DNA from: Squalus acanthias
Lineage: Eukaryota
Direction of reading: 5' to 3'
Assembly (NCBI GenBank): GCA_030390025.1
Contig: CM059432.1
Coordinates: 151,592,001-151,656,000 of the forward strand
DNA: 64,000 bases
Within the stretch, counting starts at the first letter, position 1. Each line of letters opens with the position of its first letter. Shown here in pieces: positions 23,507-36,580 of this stretch. A program made the translations under genes and the position numbers. The notes below the pieces were generated by a model. That model was not told the origin of the DNA, made no database searches, and worked only from the letters and a program-made list of their open reading frames with translations.

Positions 23507-26500
23507 CATAAGAACATAAGAAATAGGAGCAGGAGTAGGCCAATTGGCCCCTCGAGCCTGCTCCGCCATTCAATAAGATCATGGCTGATCTGATCCTAAC
23601 CGCCAATCTACTATCACAGAACCATCTCCTGAACCTAACAGAATTGGACACACGAAATAGGAGCAGGATCAGGCTACACGGCCCCTGGGCCCGCTACGCT
23701 GCCCACAGGGCCATGACCGATCCGAACCTAGACTCATGTCCAACTTCCTGCCCGCTCCCCGTAACCCTTAATTCCCTTTACTTCTAGGAAACTGTCTATT
23801 TCTGTTTTAAATTTATGTAATGATGTAGCTTCTGCAGCTTTTTGGGGCAGCATATTCCATGGACCTACCACCCTCTGATGGAAGTAGTTCCTTCTCATCT
23901 CAGTTTTGAAAGAGCAGCCCCTTATTCTAAGACTATGCCCCCTAGTTCTAGTTTCACCCATCATCGGGAACATCCTCCCCGCATCCACCCGATCATAGAT
24001 ACATAGATACATAGAAGATAGGAGCAGGAGTAGGCCATCCGGCCCTTCGAGCCTGCTCCGCCATTTAATGAGATCATGGCTGATCCTTCAATTCAGTATC
24101 CCGTCCCCGCCTTCTCTCCGTAACCCTTAACCCCTTTTGCCTGTAGAAATATATCTAATTCCCTCTTAAATATATTTAATGAGCTGGCGTACACTGCCCT
24201 CTGTGGCAATGAGTTCCACAGGTTCACCACTCTCTGAGTGAAGAAATTCCCCCTCATTTCTGTCCTAAATGGTTTAGCCCTTATCCTTAAATTATGTCCT
24301 CTAGTTCTGTTCTCACCCGCCAAGGGAAACATTCCTTCTGCATCTAATCTGTCTAGACCTGTCAGAATTTTATACACTTCTATGAGGTCCCCTCTCAATC
24401 TTCTAAACTCCAGTGTGTACATCCCTAAACTACATAGTCTCTCCTCATAGGTCAATCCCGCCATTCCTGGTATCAGCCTGGTGAATCGCCGCTGCACCCC
24501 CTCCATGGCAAGAACATCTTTCCTCAGATGAGGCGACCAAAACTGTACACAGTACTCGAGGTGTGGTCTCACCAGTGCCCTGTACAGCTGCAGCAAGGTA
24601 TCCCTGTTCCTGTATTCCAACCCTTTTGCTATGAAGGCCAGCATACCGTTTGCCTTCTTGACCGCCTGTTGCACCTGCATGCTCGCCTTCAGTGACTGGT
24701 GTACAAGAACACCCAGGTCTCTCTGTACTTCCCCCTCTCCCAATTTATTGCCATTTAAATAATAATTTGCCCTCCCGTTCCTGCACCCAAGGTGGATAAC
24801 TTCGCACTTGTCCACATTATAGTGCATCTGCCATTTATCCGCCCAATCACCCAGTCTGTCCAAATCGCTCTGGAGCTTCCTGGTCTCCTCCTCTGAGCCC
24901 ACCCCCCCTCCTAGTTTAGTGTCGTCTGCAAATTTGGAAATGCTGCATTCGACTCCCTGATCCAGGTCATTAATATAAATTGTGAACAGCTGGGGACCCA
25001 GGACAGATCCCTGTGGTACCCCACTTGTTACTGCCTGCCATTCAGAAAATGAGCCGTTTATTCCAACTCTCTGTTTTCTATCTGACAGCCAGTTCTCTAT
25101 CCACGTCAATACTTTCCCCTTTATCCCATGAGCTTCAATTTTCCATGCTAATCTTTTATGTGGGACCTTATCGAAGGCCTTTTGGAAGTCCAGGTACACC
25201 ACATCTACTGGCTCTCCCCCATCTATTTTACCAGTTACTCCCTCAAAAAATTCCAATAGATTAGTCAAGCACGATTTACCCTTTGTAAATCCATGTTGAC
25301 TCTGTCCTATCCTGTCCCCATTTGCTAAGTGCTCGGCTATTTCATCCTTAATGATGGACTCCAGCATTTTGCCCACAACTGATGTAAGGCTTACAGGTCT
25401 GTAATTACCTGATTTTTCCCTACCCCCCTTTTTGAATAGTGGGGTAACGTTAGCTACCCTCCAATCCATGGGCACTGTTCCCGAGTCTAATGAATTCTGA
25501 AAAATCATGCTTAGTGCATCCGCTATCTCTAGGGCCACCTCCTTCAGTACCCTAGGATGCATGTTATCAGGCCCTGGGGATTTGTCCGCCTTCAATCCCT
25601 TTAGCTTCCTTAACACCATATCCTTAGAGATATTGATTTGCGTCAGTTCCTCCTTTGCCAATGTCCCTATTTTTCCCGATATCCCAGGGAGGTTTTTTGT
25701 GTCTTCCTTCGTAAAGACTGACCCAAAGTATGCATTTAGTTGGTCTGCCATTTCCTTATTTCCCATTATATATTCCCCCGTATCTGACTGCAATGGACCA
25801 ACTTTGGTTTTCACCAGTCTTTTCCTCTTGATATACTTATAAAAGCTTTTGGAGTTAGTTTTTATATTTTCCGCCAGCTTGCTTTCGTAAGCTATTTTGC
25901 CCTTCTTGATTAAGCCCTTTGCCCTCCTTTGCTCTATCTTAAACTGTTCCCAATCTTCCGCTCTGGCGCGTTTTTTGGCTATTTTATACGCCCTATCTTT
26001 GGATTTTATGCTGTCTCTAATTTCCCCTGTTATCCACGGTTGAGTCACCTTTTTAGATTTCCTTTTATGCCAGATTGGTATAAACAATTTTTGCAATTTT
26101 GTCATTCTATCTTTAAATGCTTGCCATTGTTTATCTACCTCCAGTCCTCCCAGGAACGTTGTCCAATCAGACCTACTCAGTTCCCGTCTAATGGCATCAT
26201 AATTCCCCTTGTTTAAATTCAGGACCTGAGTCTCTGAGTCAATTTCTTCGCTCTCCATTTCGAGTGAGAAATCGATCATGTTATGATCGCTCTGACCCAA
26301 GGGTCCCCGTACAACAAGATTACTAATTAGTCCCTTCTCATTGCACAGTACCCAGTCCAATATAGCCTGTTTCCGAGTTGGTTCCTCGACATATTGATCC
26401 AGATAACCATCCCTTAAACACTCAAGGAATTCCTCCTCCTCATTATTTTTACTGATTAGGCTAGTCCAATCTATATGTAAGTTAAAGTCACCTATGATGA

Positions 26501-28143
26501 CAGCTGTGCTCTTATTGCACGCTTCTCTAATTTCCCTCGTGATGCCCTCCCCAACCTCTATTTTACTATTTGGAGGCCTATATACCACTCCTATTAATGT
26601 TTTTCGCCCCTCGCTATTTCTTAGCTCCACCCATATAGATTCTGTATTAACTGAGTTAATATCCTTCCTTTCAATTGCATTTATCCCCTCTTTTACCAGC
26701 AATGCTACCCCTCCTCCCTTTCTTTTTTGTCGATCCTTCCTAAATACTGAATACCCCTGTATGTTAAGCTCCCAGCCCTGCTCACCCTGCAACCATGTTT
26801 CCGTAATCCCAATTAGATCATAATTATTAACCTCTATTTCCACAGCTAATTCAACCCCTTCACAATCTTATATGTTTCAATAAGATCGCCTCTCATTCTT
26901 CTGAACGCCAATGAGTAGAGTCCCAATCTACCCAACCTCTCCTCATATGTCCATCCCCTCATCCCCGGGATTAACCGAGTGAACCTTCTTTGTACTGCCT
27001 CGAGAGCAAGTATGTATTTTCTTAAGTATGGACACCAAAACTATATGCAGTATTCCAGGTGCGGTCTCACCAATACCTTGTACAACTGAAGCAATACCTC
27101 CCTATTTTTATATTCTATCCCCCTAGCAATGAAAGCCAACATTCCATTGGCCTTCTTAATCACTTGTTGCACCTGCATACTAACCTTTTGAGTTTCATGC
27201 ACCAGGACCCCCAGATCCCTTTGTACTGCAGTACTTTCCAATTTCTTGCCATTAAGATAATAACTTGCTCTGCTATTTTTCCTGCCAAAGTGCATAACCT
27301 CACACTTTCCAGTATTGTATTCCATCTGCCAAATCTCTGCCCACTTACCCAGCCTGTCTATGTCCCCTTGCAGATTTTTTATGTCCTCCTCACTCACTAC
27401 TTTCCCTCCCATCTTAGTATCATCTGCAAATTTTGATATGTTACACTTGGTCCCTTCCTCCAAATCGTTAATATAGATTGTAAAGAGTTGGGGACCCAGC
27501 ACTGACCCCTGCGGAACACCACTAGTTACTGATTGCCAGTCTGAGAATGAACCATTTATCCCAACTCTCTGCCTTCTGTTAGATAGCCAATCCTCTATCC
27601 ATGCCAGAATATTACCCCCAATCCCGTGATTTTTTATCTTAAGCAATAATCTTTTGTGTGGCACCTTGTCAAATGCCTTTTTGGAAGTCTAAATACACCA
27701 CATCCACTGGTTCCCCTTTATCCACCCTGTATGTTACTTCCTCAGAACTCCAGCAAATTTGTCAAACATGACTTCCCCTTCATTAAACCATGCTGACTTT
27801 GTCCTATTAAATTATGATTATCCAAATGTCCCGTCACTGTCTCCTTAATAATGGACTCCAAAATTTTACCTACCGCAGATGTTCGGCTAACCGGTCTATA
27901 GTTTCCAGCCTTCTGTCCACTGCCCTGTTTAAATAAGGGTGTTACATTTGCAGTTTTCCAGTCTGCCGGGATCTTTGCTGAGTCCAGGGAGTTTTGGAAA
28001 ATTATTACCAATGCATCCACAATCCCTACCGCCACTTCCCTCAAGACCCTAGGATGTAAGCCATCAGGTCCAGGTGATTTATCCGCCTTGAGTCCCATTA
28101 TTTTACTGAGTACCACTTCCTTAGTGATTTTGATCGTGTTTAG
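23507..28143 (-). mobile_element. CR1 subfamily B (RT half plus double tail), interrupted by CR1 23995-26851
   Basis: ORFs 27742-28116, 27041-27664 and 23734-24012; CCGATC|CAACCCCTT rejoins exactly as in the sister copy at ~35730. Confidence 0.85.
24093..26843 (-). CDS. CR1 ORF2 (APE endonuclease + reverse transcriptase), 916 aa uninterrupted, in a 5'-truncated element 23995-26851
   Basis: APE motifs ITETWL, GGGVA, YRPP, GDFN, SDH; RT motifs [34 protein letters not shown]; tail (TATGTATC)n. The first APE motif is missing. Confidence 0.95.
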   Translation of the reverse strand: MEIEVNNYDLIGITETWLQGEQGWELNIQGYSVFRKDRQKRKGGGVALLVKEGINAIERKDINSVNTESIWVELRNSEGRKTLIGVVYRPPNSKIEVGEGITREIREACNKSTAVIIGDFNLHIDWTSLISKNNEEEEFLECLRDGYLDQYVEEPTRKQAILDWVLCNEKGLISNLVVRGPLGQSDHNMIDFSLEMESEEIDSETQVLNLNKGNYDAIRRELSRSDWTTFLGGLEVDKQWQAFKDRMTKLQKLFIPIWHKRKSKKVTQPWITGEIRDSIKSKDRAYKIAKKRARAEDWEQFKIEQRRAKGLIKKGKIAYESKLAENIKTNSKSFYKYIKRKRLVKTKVGPLQSDTGEYIMGNKEMADQLNAYFGSVFTKEDTKNLPGISGKIGTLAKEELTQINISKDMVLRKLKGLKADKSPGPDNMHPRVLKEVALEIADALSMIFQNSLDSGTVPMDWRVANVTPLFKKGGREKSGNYRPVSLTSVVGKMLESIIKDEIAEHLANGDRIGQSQHGFTKGKSCLTNLLEFFEGVTGKIDGGEPVDVVYLDFQKAFDKVPHKRLAWKIEAHGIKGKVLTWIENWLSDRKQRVGINGSFSEWQAVTSGVPQGSVLGPQLFTIYINDLDQGVECSISKFADDTKLGGGVGSEEETRKLQSDLDRLGDWADKWQMHYNVDKCEVIHLGCRNGRANYYLNGNKLGEGEVQRDLGVLVHQSLKASMQVQQAVKKANGMLAFIAKGLEYRNRDTLLQLYRALVRPHLEYCVQFWSPHLRKDVLAMEGVQRRFTRLIPGMAGLTYEERLCSLGMYTLEFRRLRGDLIEVYKILTGLDRLDAEGMFPLAGENRTRGHNLRIRAKPFRTEMRGNFFTQRVVNLWNSLPQRAVYASSLNIFKRELDIFLQAKGVKGYGEKAGTGY

Positions 28144-28307
28144 CCAAATGAGTCACCCCTGCTGATTGATTAGAAAACTGGTTTCCACTGCCTGCTGTGC
28201 CAATTTACTCCTACTACGGTGTAACCTTGTTTTACTCTTCTTTCTCTTTTTGATAAAACCAATTAAATAACTGTAACTCAGTAAAACTTTAAAGGAAACT
28301 TAACAAA

Positions 28308-31300
28308 TCAAATTAAAATGTGGTAGTCCGGGGTGACGATGCACTCCAGTCCCCGTGGTGCCCACCGGTCACGGAAAAACTCAAGCGTGCCGGCGGACAC
28401 CGTGTGCTCCATCTCCAGGGCCACCCGGGCGCGAACATGGCCGCGGAAGAGAGGCAGGCAATCGGGCCGAACGACCCCCTCGACCGCCCGCTGCCTGGAC
28501 CAATTAATGGCTTTCTTAGCCAGGCCCAGGAGCAGTCCCACGAGGAGGTCCTCCGACCTGCCCGCTCCCCTCCGCACCGGGTGACCGTAGATCAGGAGCG
28601 TGGGGCTGAAGTGCAACCAGAAATTGAGGAGCAGCCCCTTCAAGTAATGAAAGAGGGGCTGCAACCTCTCACCTCTACGTAGATGTGAAAAACGGACTCC
28701 TCCAGGCCGCAGAAATGGCAAGCGGCCTGGGAGTCCGTAAACCTATTCAACAGTCTATTGCACGGGACTGCTCCGTGCAACACCCTCCAGGCCAAGTCCC
28801 CAATCGAACAAGGGAAGACTCCTGCGTAGAGAGCCCTCCATTGGGGACCTTCGCCTCCGCCGGACGGCAAGATGGTACGCCAAGGCGTGTCCGGACGGCA
28901 GACGAAGATGGCAAAGTGGAGAGTGTGCAGGAGCAGCCCGTACAGGAAACGCCTCCGTGCGGATTGAAAGGGCACGGAGGGCATTTCTCCGAGAAGGCTC
29001 AAGTGGTGAGGCGGCGGCTCCCGAGGGAGGATTCGGGGCCGGGCGCCGATAAGGAATTCCGTCCGAACGGGGGTCAGCTCGGACGGGATCGCCCCACATG
29101 CTTGAGCCTCCTCGATACACCTAGTGGAGTCGGGGCCCAGTGCCACTTTTAGCGACTCGATGGCTTTGACCGCGAGCCGGACGTTGATCCAGGACATGCG
29201 CCTCGCCAACTCCTCCGGCGCCATCCAGCCCGCTCCTCCGCCATCGAGCAGGTCCCCGACTCTAGTCACCTTACCGGGCACAGCCCTGCCCTCCGCCAGC
29301 CGGCCGAACCCGCGGTCGTGGAGGTGCGGATTCCTGAGCAGCGGCTCCCGAAGGACGGCCGCCGCTTCTGATGGGGGAGAACTGCGCCTGGAGGCGACGC
29401 TGTTCCAAACCCATAGCAGTTCCTGGTAGAAGACAGGCAGCTCCCGCAGGCTGACACCGCAGGCTGACACGCGTGCCGCCCACTCTCTCAAACAGGAGCT
29501 GCGTGTCGTAATTGAGGCCGTGCAGCTGGCGGAAGAAATACGTCGCCAGCGCACGCCACCTAGGAGGATTCTCCACGTACAGGTATCTCTGCAGCGTCTG
29601 AAGACGGAAAGTCGCCGCCTGGGTGCGAAGGCACACCAGCGCCTGACCGCCCTCCCGAAGCGGGAGACTCAGAACCGCAGCAGAGACCCAGTGCTTCCTT
29701 TTGTCCCAGAAGAAGTCGACGAGCTTCTTCTGCATCTTGGCGACAAACGCAGGGGGAGGGATCAAAGTGACCAACTGGTACCACAACATGGCGACCACCA
29801 GCTGGTTTATGACCAGCGTTCGACCCCTGTAGGACAACACTCGGAGCAGTCCCGTCCAGCGCCCGAGGCGAGCGGTGACTTTGGCCTCCAGCTCTTGCCA
29901 GTTCGCCGGCCAGGCGTCCTCGGCCGGGCTGAGGTAGAGTCCCAGGTAGAGGAGGTGCGTTGTGCTCCAGGCGAAGGGCCTGAACTCCTCCGGCAGGGAG
30001 TCCACCTGCCATGGGCCCACCAGGAGTCCAGAACATTTCTCCCAGTTGATCTTGGCGGAGGATGCGTCCGAGTAAATCTGCTGGCATTCTCGCATCCCCC
30101 GCAAGTCGACGGGATCCGTGACCGCGAGGAGCACGTCATCGGCGTAAGCCGAGAGGACCACCTCCACTCCCGGCCCTTGCAGAGCCAGTCCCGTCAACCT
30201 CTTCCGCAAGAGGCGCAGGAAAGGCTCCACGCAAACGGCGTATAACTGACCGGACATGGGGCATCCCTGACGCACCCCCCTCCTGAAGCGAAGGGGCGCC
30301 GTCAAAGATCCGTTAACTTTAATCAGACACTCCGCGGCGGTGTACAGAAGTCGGATCCGGGCGACGAAATGCGTCCCGAACCCGAATGCGCGCAGAGTCC
30401 CGAAAAGATACTCGTGATCCACCCTGTCAAACGCCTTCTCCTGATCCAGGGAAAGGAAGGCGACCGACAGAGCAGCCCTCTGGGAATGGTGGAAGAGGTC
30501 CCGGACCAGGTGGATGTTGTCGTGGATTGACCGGCCCGGGACCGTGTAGGACTGGTCGGGGTGGATCATGTGGGCCAGCACGGTGCCAAGGCGAGCAGAC
30601 ATAGCCCTGGCGAAAATTTTGTAGTCCGTGCTGAGGAGGGAGACCGGGCGCCAGTTCTTAAGAAGGCGGAGATCGCCCTTCTTGGGCAGCAGGACGATGA
30701 CCGCCCTGCGCCAAGAGAGGGGCATCTCCCCGGTCGCCAGACTTTCCCCCAGGACCGCGCGTAGTTCGTCCCCCAAGACGTCCCAGAACGCCCTATGGAA
30801 CTCCACGGTCAGCCCGTCCAGCCCCGGGGACTTGCCCCTCGAGAGCTGGCGCAGGGCGCCGGTCAGCTCCGCCAGGCTTAGCGGAGCTTCTAAATTCTCG
30901 GCGCCCTCCGGGCCGACCTTCGGCAGGTCCTCCCACAAAACTCTGCGCGCATCCTCGCTGGACGGATCCGAAGAGAACAGAGCCCCGTAATAGGCCCGGG
31001 CCTCCGCGCTGATGCCCTCCGGATCCGAGACCAGAGATCCGTCGTCGGCCAGCAGCCCCAAGAGCTGCTTACGGACCCCCCGTCTTTTTTCCAGCGAGTA
31101 GAAGAAGGGGGAGCCGCGGTCCAGGTCCCGCAGGAACTGGATCCGCGACCTCACGTACGCGCCTCGGGACCCGACCAGCTGCAGGTCCTTCAGCGCGCCC
31201 TTCTTCTCTTCGTACACCTTCCACAGGGCCGGGTCTTCGACGACTTGACCGAGACGGGACTCCAGGTCGAGCACTTCTTTCTCCAATCGCCCGACCCGGG

Positions 31301-32222
31301 CCTCCCGCCTCTTGGTCGACCCCTTCGCGTACTCCTGACAGAAGACGCAGACGTGAGCCTTGCCCACGTCCCACCATAGCCTCAAGGAGGGGAAGCCTCC
31401 CCGCTTCCTTCTCCAGTCGGCCCAGAACCGGCGAAACGAATCCCGGAACCGCGCGTCCTCCAGCAGCAGGTTGTTAAAATGCCAGTACGTGGACCCCCCC
31501 CCCCGCGCGCGCAGCGGAGCGAGCTCCGCCCACACCAGGTGGTGGTCCGTGCACGGCACCGGCCGCATGGAAGCCGCCGGAACACAGGAGACGTACGCCC
31601 GGGAAATGTAAAGGCGGTCGATTCTGGACCTTCCTCCTCCAGACCCCACCCAAGTGAAGGCGCTGGAGTCGGGATGGAGATTTCGCCAGATGTCCACCAA
31701 GTCGAAGGACCCGACCAGGTCCTGCAACTTCTCCATCGCCGCCGGGCTTCGCGGGGGACCCGACCGGTCCCGCGCCTCGAGGGTACAATTGAAATCCCTC
31801 CCGAGGATGACGCACTCGCCCACGTCGATGGAGCCCAGAAGAGCGGACACTTCTCCGAAGAAGCGCACTTGCTGCGCACCGGTCTGGGGGGCGTACACGT
31901 TCACTAAATGGAGCGGCACGCCTCCCAGGCGAACAGTGACTTGGAGCAAGCAGCCCGGCACATGCTCCTTGACCCTCAAGATCACCGGCTGAAATTGCGG
32001 GGCCAGCAAGACGGCCACCCCGCAGGAATTGTTGGAGAGGTGACTCATGCTGACCCCTCCTTGCCACTCCAGGAGCCACGTGGCCTCGTCTCCCAGAACG
32101 GTGTGGGTTTCTTGCAGGAAGCACACCGCATATTTCCCGTCCCGAAGGACCGAGAAGTTATTGAATCTACGGCGCGCCTCCCTGCTGCCGTTGATGTTGA
32201 GGCTGGCTATGGTTATCTTCAT
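28308..32222 (-). pseudogene. Tx1-like ORF2 (APE-RT-CCHC) with two frameshifts
   Basis: MKITIASLNING, FLQETH, NVYAP, DFN, RIDRLY, TDH; KSPGLDG, WRPVSLL, LDQEKAFDRV, GVRQGCP, YADD; C-terminal CHFCGLEESVFH. Breaks: a 13-bp tandem duplication CGCAGGCTGACAC (29445-29470) and an apparent 1-bp loss near 28672. Confidence 0.9.
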
Positions 32223-32247
32223 CTCAGAAGCATAGTGCAACCTCTAC

Positions 32248-34407
32248 CTAACGGGGGGGAGGGAGCGCGGTCACTGACGACCGCCACTCCCTCAGCAGCC
32301 CAGCGTGGAACGCCTTGAGCCGACGCAGCTCGGCCCGGTTTACGTCCTTGTCCGCGCCCATGATTTTAACGGCGGCGCGGACGGACCGGACGAGCAGCGC
32401 CAGCTCCGACCATTTGTCGAGGGCCAGCCAGATCTTATGATGACGACCCCGGCACGTGGCCATAAAATCCCGGAGTTTCCCTACGGGGATGAGGGGAGAG
32501 TCGGTGCGAGGCACGAGGGCGTCCACCGTCTCACTGGTGATGGACTCCAAATCGTCCTCAGTGCCCAACACCGACTCCCCGTCCTCCTCCGGGAGGTAGT
32601 CACCGGCGGCCAACCCGTCCGTCGCACGGGGTGCAGCGAACGGCTCGGCCGCACCGGCCGGTCCCGCCTCTTGTCACGATCCCACCCCCAGGATCGGTGG
32701 CAGAGGAGTCCACCCTGGGCTCCTTCAGGGGCGCCGGGCCGGGAGGCGGCGGCGGTTCGGGGGCCCCCCCTGCCTCAGGCGCCGGAGCGACCGGAGAAAC
32801 CGGGGAGAAAAAAATTCCCAGTTCCTCCAGCACGTCCGGCGCCAACGTCCGAGACGGAGTCAGGGGGCTTTCTATCTCCCCGCCACCAGCCTCCAACCCA
32901 GCGGGCTGGGGATTCGTATTACAATCCTTGACCAGGTCGAGCAGTCCCTGGGATATATCTGGGTCGTAGTGGGCGGGCTCAGTTCCGGCCTCTTTGGCCT
33001 CGCCCGCCCCAGTCCCCAGGACGCCCGACCCGGCGAGGAGCAACGGTTCTGGTGTTCCTTTTTTATTTAATTCCGCGGGTTGTTCCGCGCACCCCCCCAC
33101 GGGCAGGGTCTCTTCCCCATCCCCGGGAGGCACGGGTCCGACAGACTTGTCTGTCTCACCCTCCCGAGGGACAGGAGACCCCTGCCGATCGCGCACGATG
33201 GTGACAGCGGTGGGGTGGGGCGCAGCACCCGCGGCGGGCGACGACTCCCCTTTTGCGGAGGGACCTTCCTCCTCTCTGTCCTCCTCCTGGGGGTAGAGCT
33301 TCCTTTTTAACATGTTGGGGCCCGGAGAGGGGGAGGCCTCCATGTCTGCTGGGGCCTCCCTCTCTGCCCCCTTCCGATGACTGGGTTTCTCGGGCCCGAG
33401 CCCGGCCGCAGGTCTTGATTTAGCTGCCTTGGCAGTTGCGGTCACGGTCACGGGCCCGGGCACGAGGACCCCCCAAGTCTCACGCATCCCGGTCAACTCC
33501 GCGATGAGCGCGGGCGTGAGTTCGGGCAAATCGGTGGTTTCCTCCACGAGGGGATCCGCCCTTAGGTGTTTAGTCTATCTCAGCGCCTTCCTTCCCCTCG
33601 GACGCTCTCCCTCCCCCCCCGCCGGAGGCCGTGATGGTGTTGGCCCCCGACGTCGACCGCGCATCTGTGGATTTTGACGCGCGGGTAGTATCAGGGGGAG
33701 GGGGGGGCGGCGGCGCCAGCCCTGGCCGCGCTAGGTGTCGTGGCGGCCTTGGAGGCGGGGCAGTTTTTGCGGACGTGCCCCACCCCCTTACAGGCGTAGC
33801 ACCGCACGCCGTCCGAGGTCCAGAAGACGCGATGGGCGGTCCCCCCGTGGAGCACCGTGAACGCGCCGTCTGCGTCCTCCTCCCGCGCCAGCTGGACGAA
33901 AAGCTGGCGCCGGAAGGAGAAGACATGCCGGAGACTGGCCTCCCGGAAGCCGAGCGGGATGGGTGTGATCCCCGACCTCACCTCCCCCAGTTGACGTAGG
34001 TGGGGGAGGAGGAGCTCACCCGGAACAAAGGGCGGGACGTTGGAAATAACTATCCTTTGCGCGGTGGCCTCAAGGGGGTCCACCGGCAGGAAGGTCCCAC
34101 CCACGGTGAGCCCCTTCTCAATGGCCAGGGACACCGCCCGCTCCGACCCCAGGAAGAACACAGCCTTACCGTACATTTTAGAGGCGGCAACGATGGCTGA
34201 AGGGCCGACAACCCCAGCCATGGCTTTTACACACGCCTCTATACTCATGTTGGGGTGAGTGTAGCTCTTGACCCCATTCTTCCTCGTAAGGAGGGTAAAA
34301 GGTGACGGGGTAACAGGAGGACTCGTGGCTGCGGCCGAGGCCGCGGCTGCCACGCTCGCATACGTCCTCGCTGCCCCCGCCACCGACGAAGATGTGCTCG
34401 CCATAAT
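32248..34407 (-). pseudogene. Tx1-like ORF1 (RRM-like region + CCHC zinc knuckle + low-complexity C-terminus), frameshifted
   Basis: TRKNGVK, ASKMYGKAVFFL, ISNVPPF, SFRRQ, CYACKGVGHVRKNC (33691-34434); continues in the 32600-33547 and 32248-32613 frames; the first break is at a C/G homopolymer near 33700. Confidence 0.85.
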
Positions 34408-35232
34408 GGGTGGGTCTTTAAGGGCTACACTCACCCCAAGTCACAGGCCTGACGGTGTTAATGGCCTCGGTTTTGTGTTTGTTTTCCCCTGAGCAGAGGG
34501 AGCTCTTAAATTGAAGGCACACCTCTCCCTTTATTTGATTGAATTGGGAGAGGGGCCTTCTCCCCTCTGCTCAATGGGCAATTAATATAGAGTAAATTGA
34601 GGTGCCTCTCTGATAGAGAGGCAGAGAGAGACAAGGCAGAGAGAGACAAGAGACAAAAAGAGAGAGAGAGGGGGTGGGAAGGAGGGAAGCCACAAGGGCA
34701 GGGTCGCCACTCAGGATGGTGGGCGGGTGGGTGTTGGCAGGGGGTGCACTCTCCGATGTAAATTAGAGTCCTTTCCGGTGGTCTTCTGGTGGGGGGAGAA
34801 GATGTCTTCACCTGGGAAAGCTGGAGATGCCCAGGCTCAGTCCTGCACCAGGTCTTAACGATGCCCCAATCAGGTTAATTGAATTGGGGGACTTCACCTA
34901 GGCAGCTCCAGCTGTCCCAGGTCAGGCAATGGGAAGGGGTGTTTAATTAGTGGTGTGTGCGGCCTAGTTCTTTCAAAAGCCACACACACCCCTTGGATAT
35001 TCCGGCCCTCTTCTTTCCTCCCCCCACCTGCAAAACAAAGTCTCTGGGAGAGTGCACCAAAATAACACCCACCTGCAGTTGTTCTTTTCTTCCTCCCTCC
35101 TTCCAAGCAGATGATGGTTGCTGGGGTTGTTTTCTCCCCTCTCTCCCTCTCCTAAAATGGAGGCCAATTGGGGAGGCAGTATGGAAAGGCCTCTCCTCTG
35201 GTGATGTTTTTTTTTAGCCTTGGCCTTCCTTT

Positions 35233-36580
35233 CATAAGAACATAAGAACATAAGAAATAGGAGCAGGAGTAGGCCAATCGGCCCCTCGAGCCTGCTCCGC
35301 CATTCAATAAGATCATGGCTGATCTGATCCTAACCGCCAATCTACTATCTATCACAGAACCATCTCCTGCATCTAACAGAATTGCACACACGAAATAGGA
35401 GCAGAATCAGGCTACACAGTCCCTGGGCCCGCTCCACTACCCACAGGGCCATGACCGATCCGAACCTAGACTCATGTCCAAATTCCTGCCCGCTCCCCGT
35501 AACCCTTAATGCCCTTTACTTCTAGGAAACTGTCTATTTTTGTTTTAAATTTAATTAATGTTGTAGCTTCTACAGCTTTTTGTGGCAGCATATTCCATGG
35601 ACCTACCACCCTCTGAGTGAAGTAGTTCCTCCTCATCTCAGTTTTGAAAGAGCAGCCCCTTATTCTAAGACTATGTCCCCTAGTTCTCGTCTCACCCGTC
35701 ATCGGGAACATCCTCCCCGCATCCACCCGATCCAACCCCTTCACAATCTTATATGTTTCAATAAGATCGCCTCTCATTCTTCTGAACTCCAATGAGTAGA
35801 GTCCCAATCTACCCAACCTCTCCTCATATGACCACCCCCTCATCCCCAGGATTAACCGAATGAACCTTTTTTGCACTGCCTCGAGAGCAAGGATGTCTTT
35901 CCTTAAGTAAGGACACCAAAACTGTATGCAGTATTCCAGGTGCGGTCTCACCAATACCTTGTACAACTGAAGCAATACCTCCCTATTTTTATATTCTATC
36001 CCCCTAGCAATGAAAGCCAACATTCCATTTGCCTTCTTAATCACTTGCTGCACCTGCATACTAACCTTTTGAGTTTCGTGCACCAGGACCCCCAGATCCC
36101 TTTGCACTTCAGTACTCTCCAGTTTCTTGCCATTAAGATAATAAATTGCTCTAGGATTTTTCCTGCCAAAGTGCATCACCTCACACTTTCCAGTGTTGTA
36201 TTCCATCTGCCAAATCTCTGCCCACTTACTTAGCCTGTCTATGTCCCCTTGCAGGTTTTTTATGTCCTCCTCATTCACTACTTTCCCTCCCATCTTTGTA
36301 TCATCTGCAAATTTTGATATGTTACACTTGGTCCCTTCCTCCAAATCGTTAATATAGATTGTGAAGAGTTGGGGACCCAGCACTGACCCCTGTGGAACAC
36401 CACTAGTTACTGATTGCCAGTCTGAGAATGAACCATTTATCCCAACTCTTTGCTTTCTGTTAGATAGCCAATCCTCTATCCATGCCAGAATATTACCCCC
36501 AATTCCGTGATTTTTTACCTTAAGCAATAATCTTTTGTGTGGCACCTTGTCAAATGCCTTTTGGAAGTCTAAATACACTA
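35233..36580 (-). mobile_element. Young 5'-truncated CR1 subfamily B with a double tail
   Basis: Open 368-aa frame 35472-36578; nearly identical to 23507-23994 plus 26852-27700. Confidence 0.9.

Larger units (their letters stand above)
28243..35232 (-). mobile_element. Tx1-clade (L1 group) non-LTR retrotransposon, near full length; its 5' UTR may extend to ~36768 beyond a CR1 insertion
   Basis: ORF1 and ORF2 described below; very CpG-rich; short AT-rich 3' UTR ending ...TTATCAAAAAGAGA. Confidence 0.9.

Noticed and set aside
28320..34492. Numerous + strand and alternative-frame ORFs over the Tx1 element
   Set aside because: By-products of high GC content, overlapping the real ORF1/ORF2; no independent motifs.
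23507..36580. LTR retrotransposon with CR1-like LTRs flanking Tx1
   Set aside because: The direct repeats are ordinary CR1 3' parts of unequal length, without TG..CA ends, PBS or PPT.
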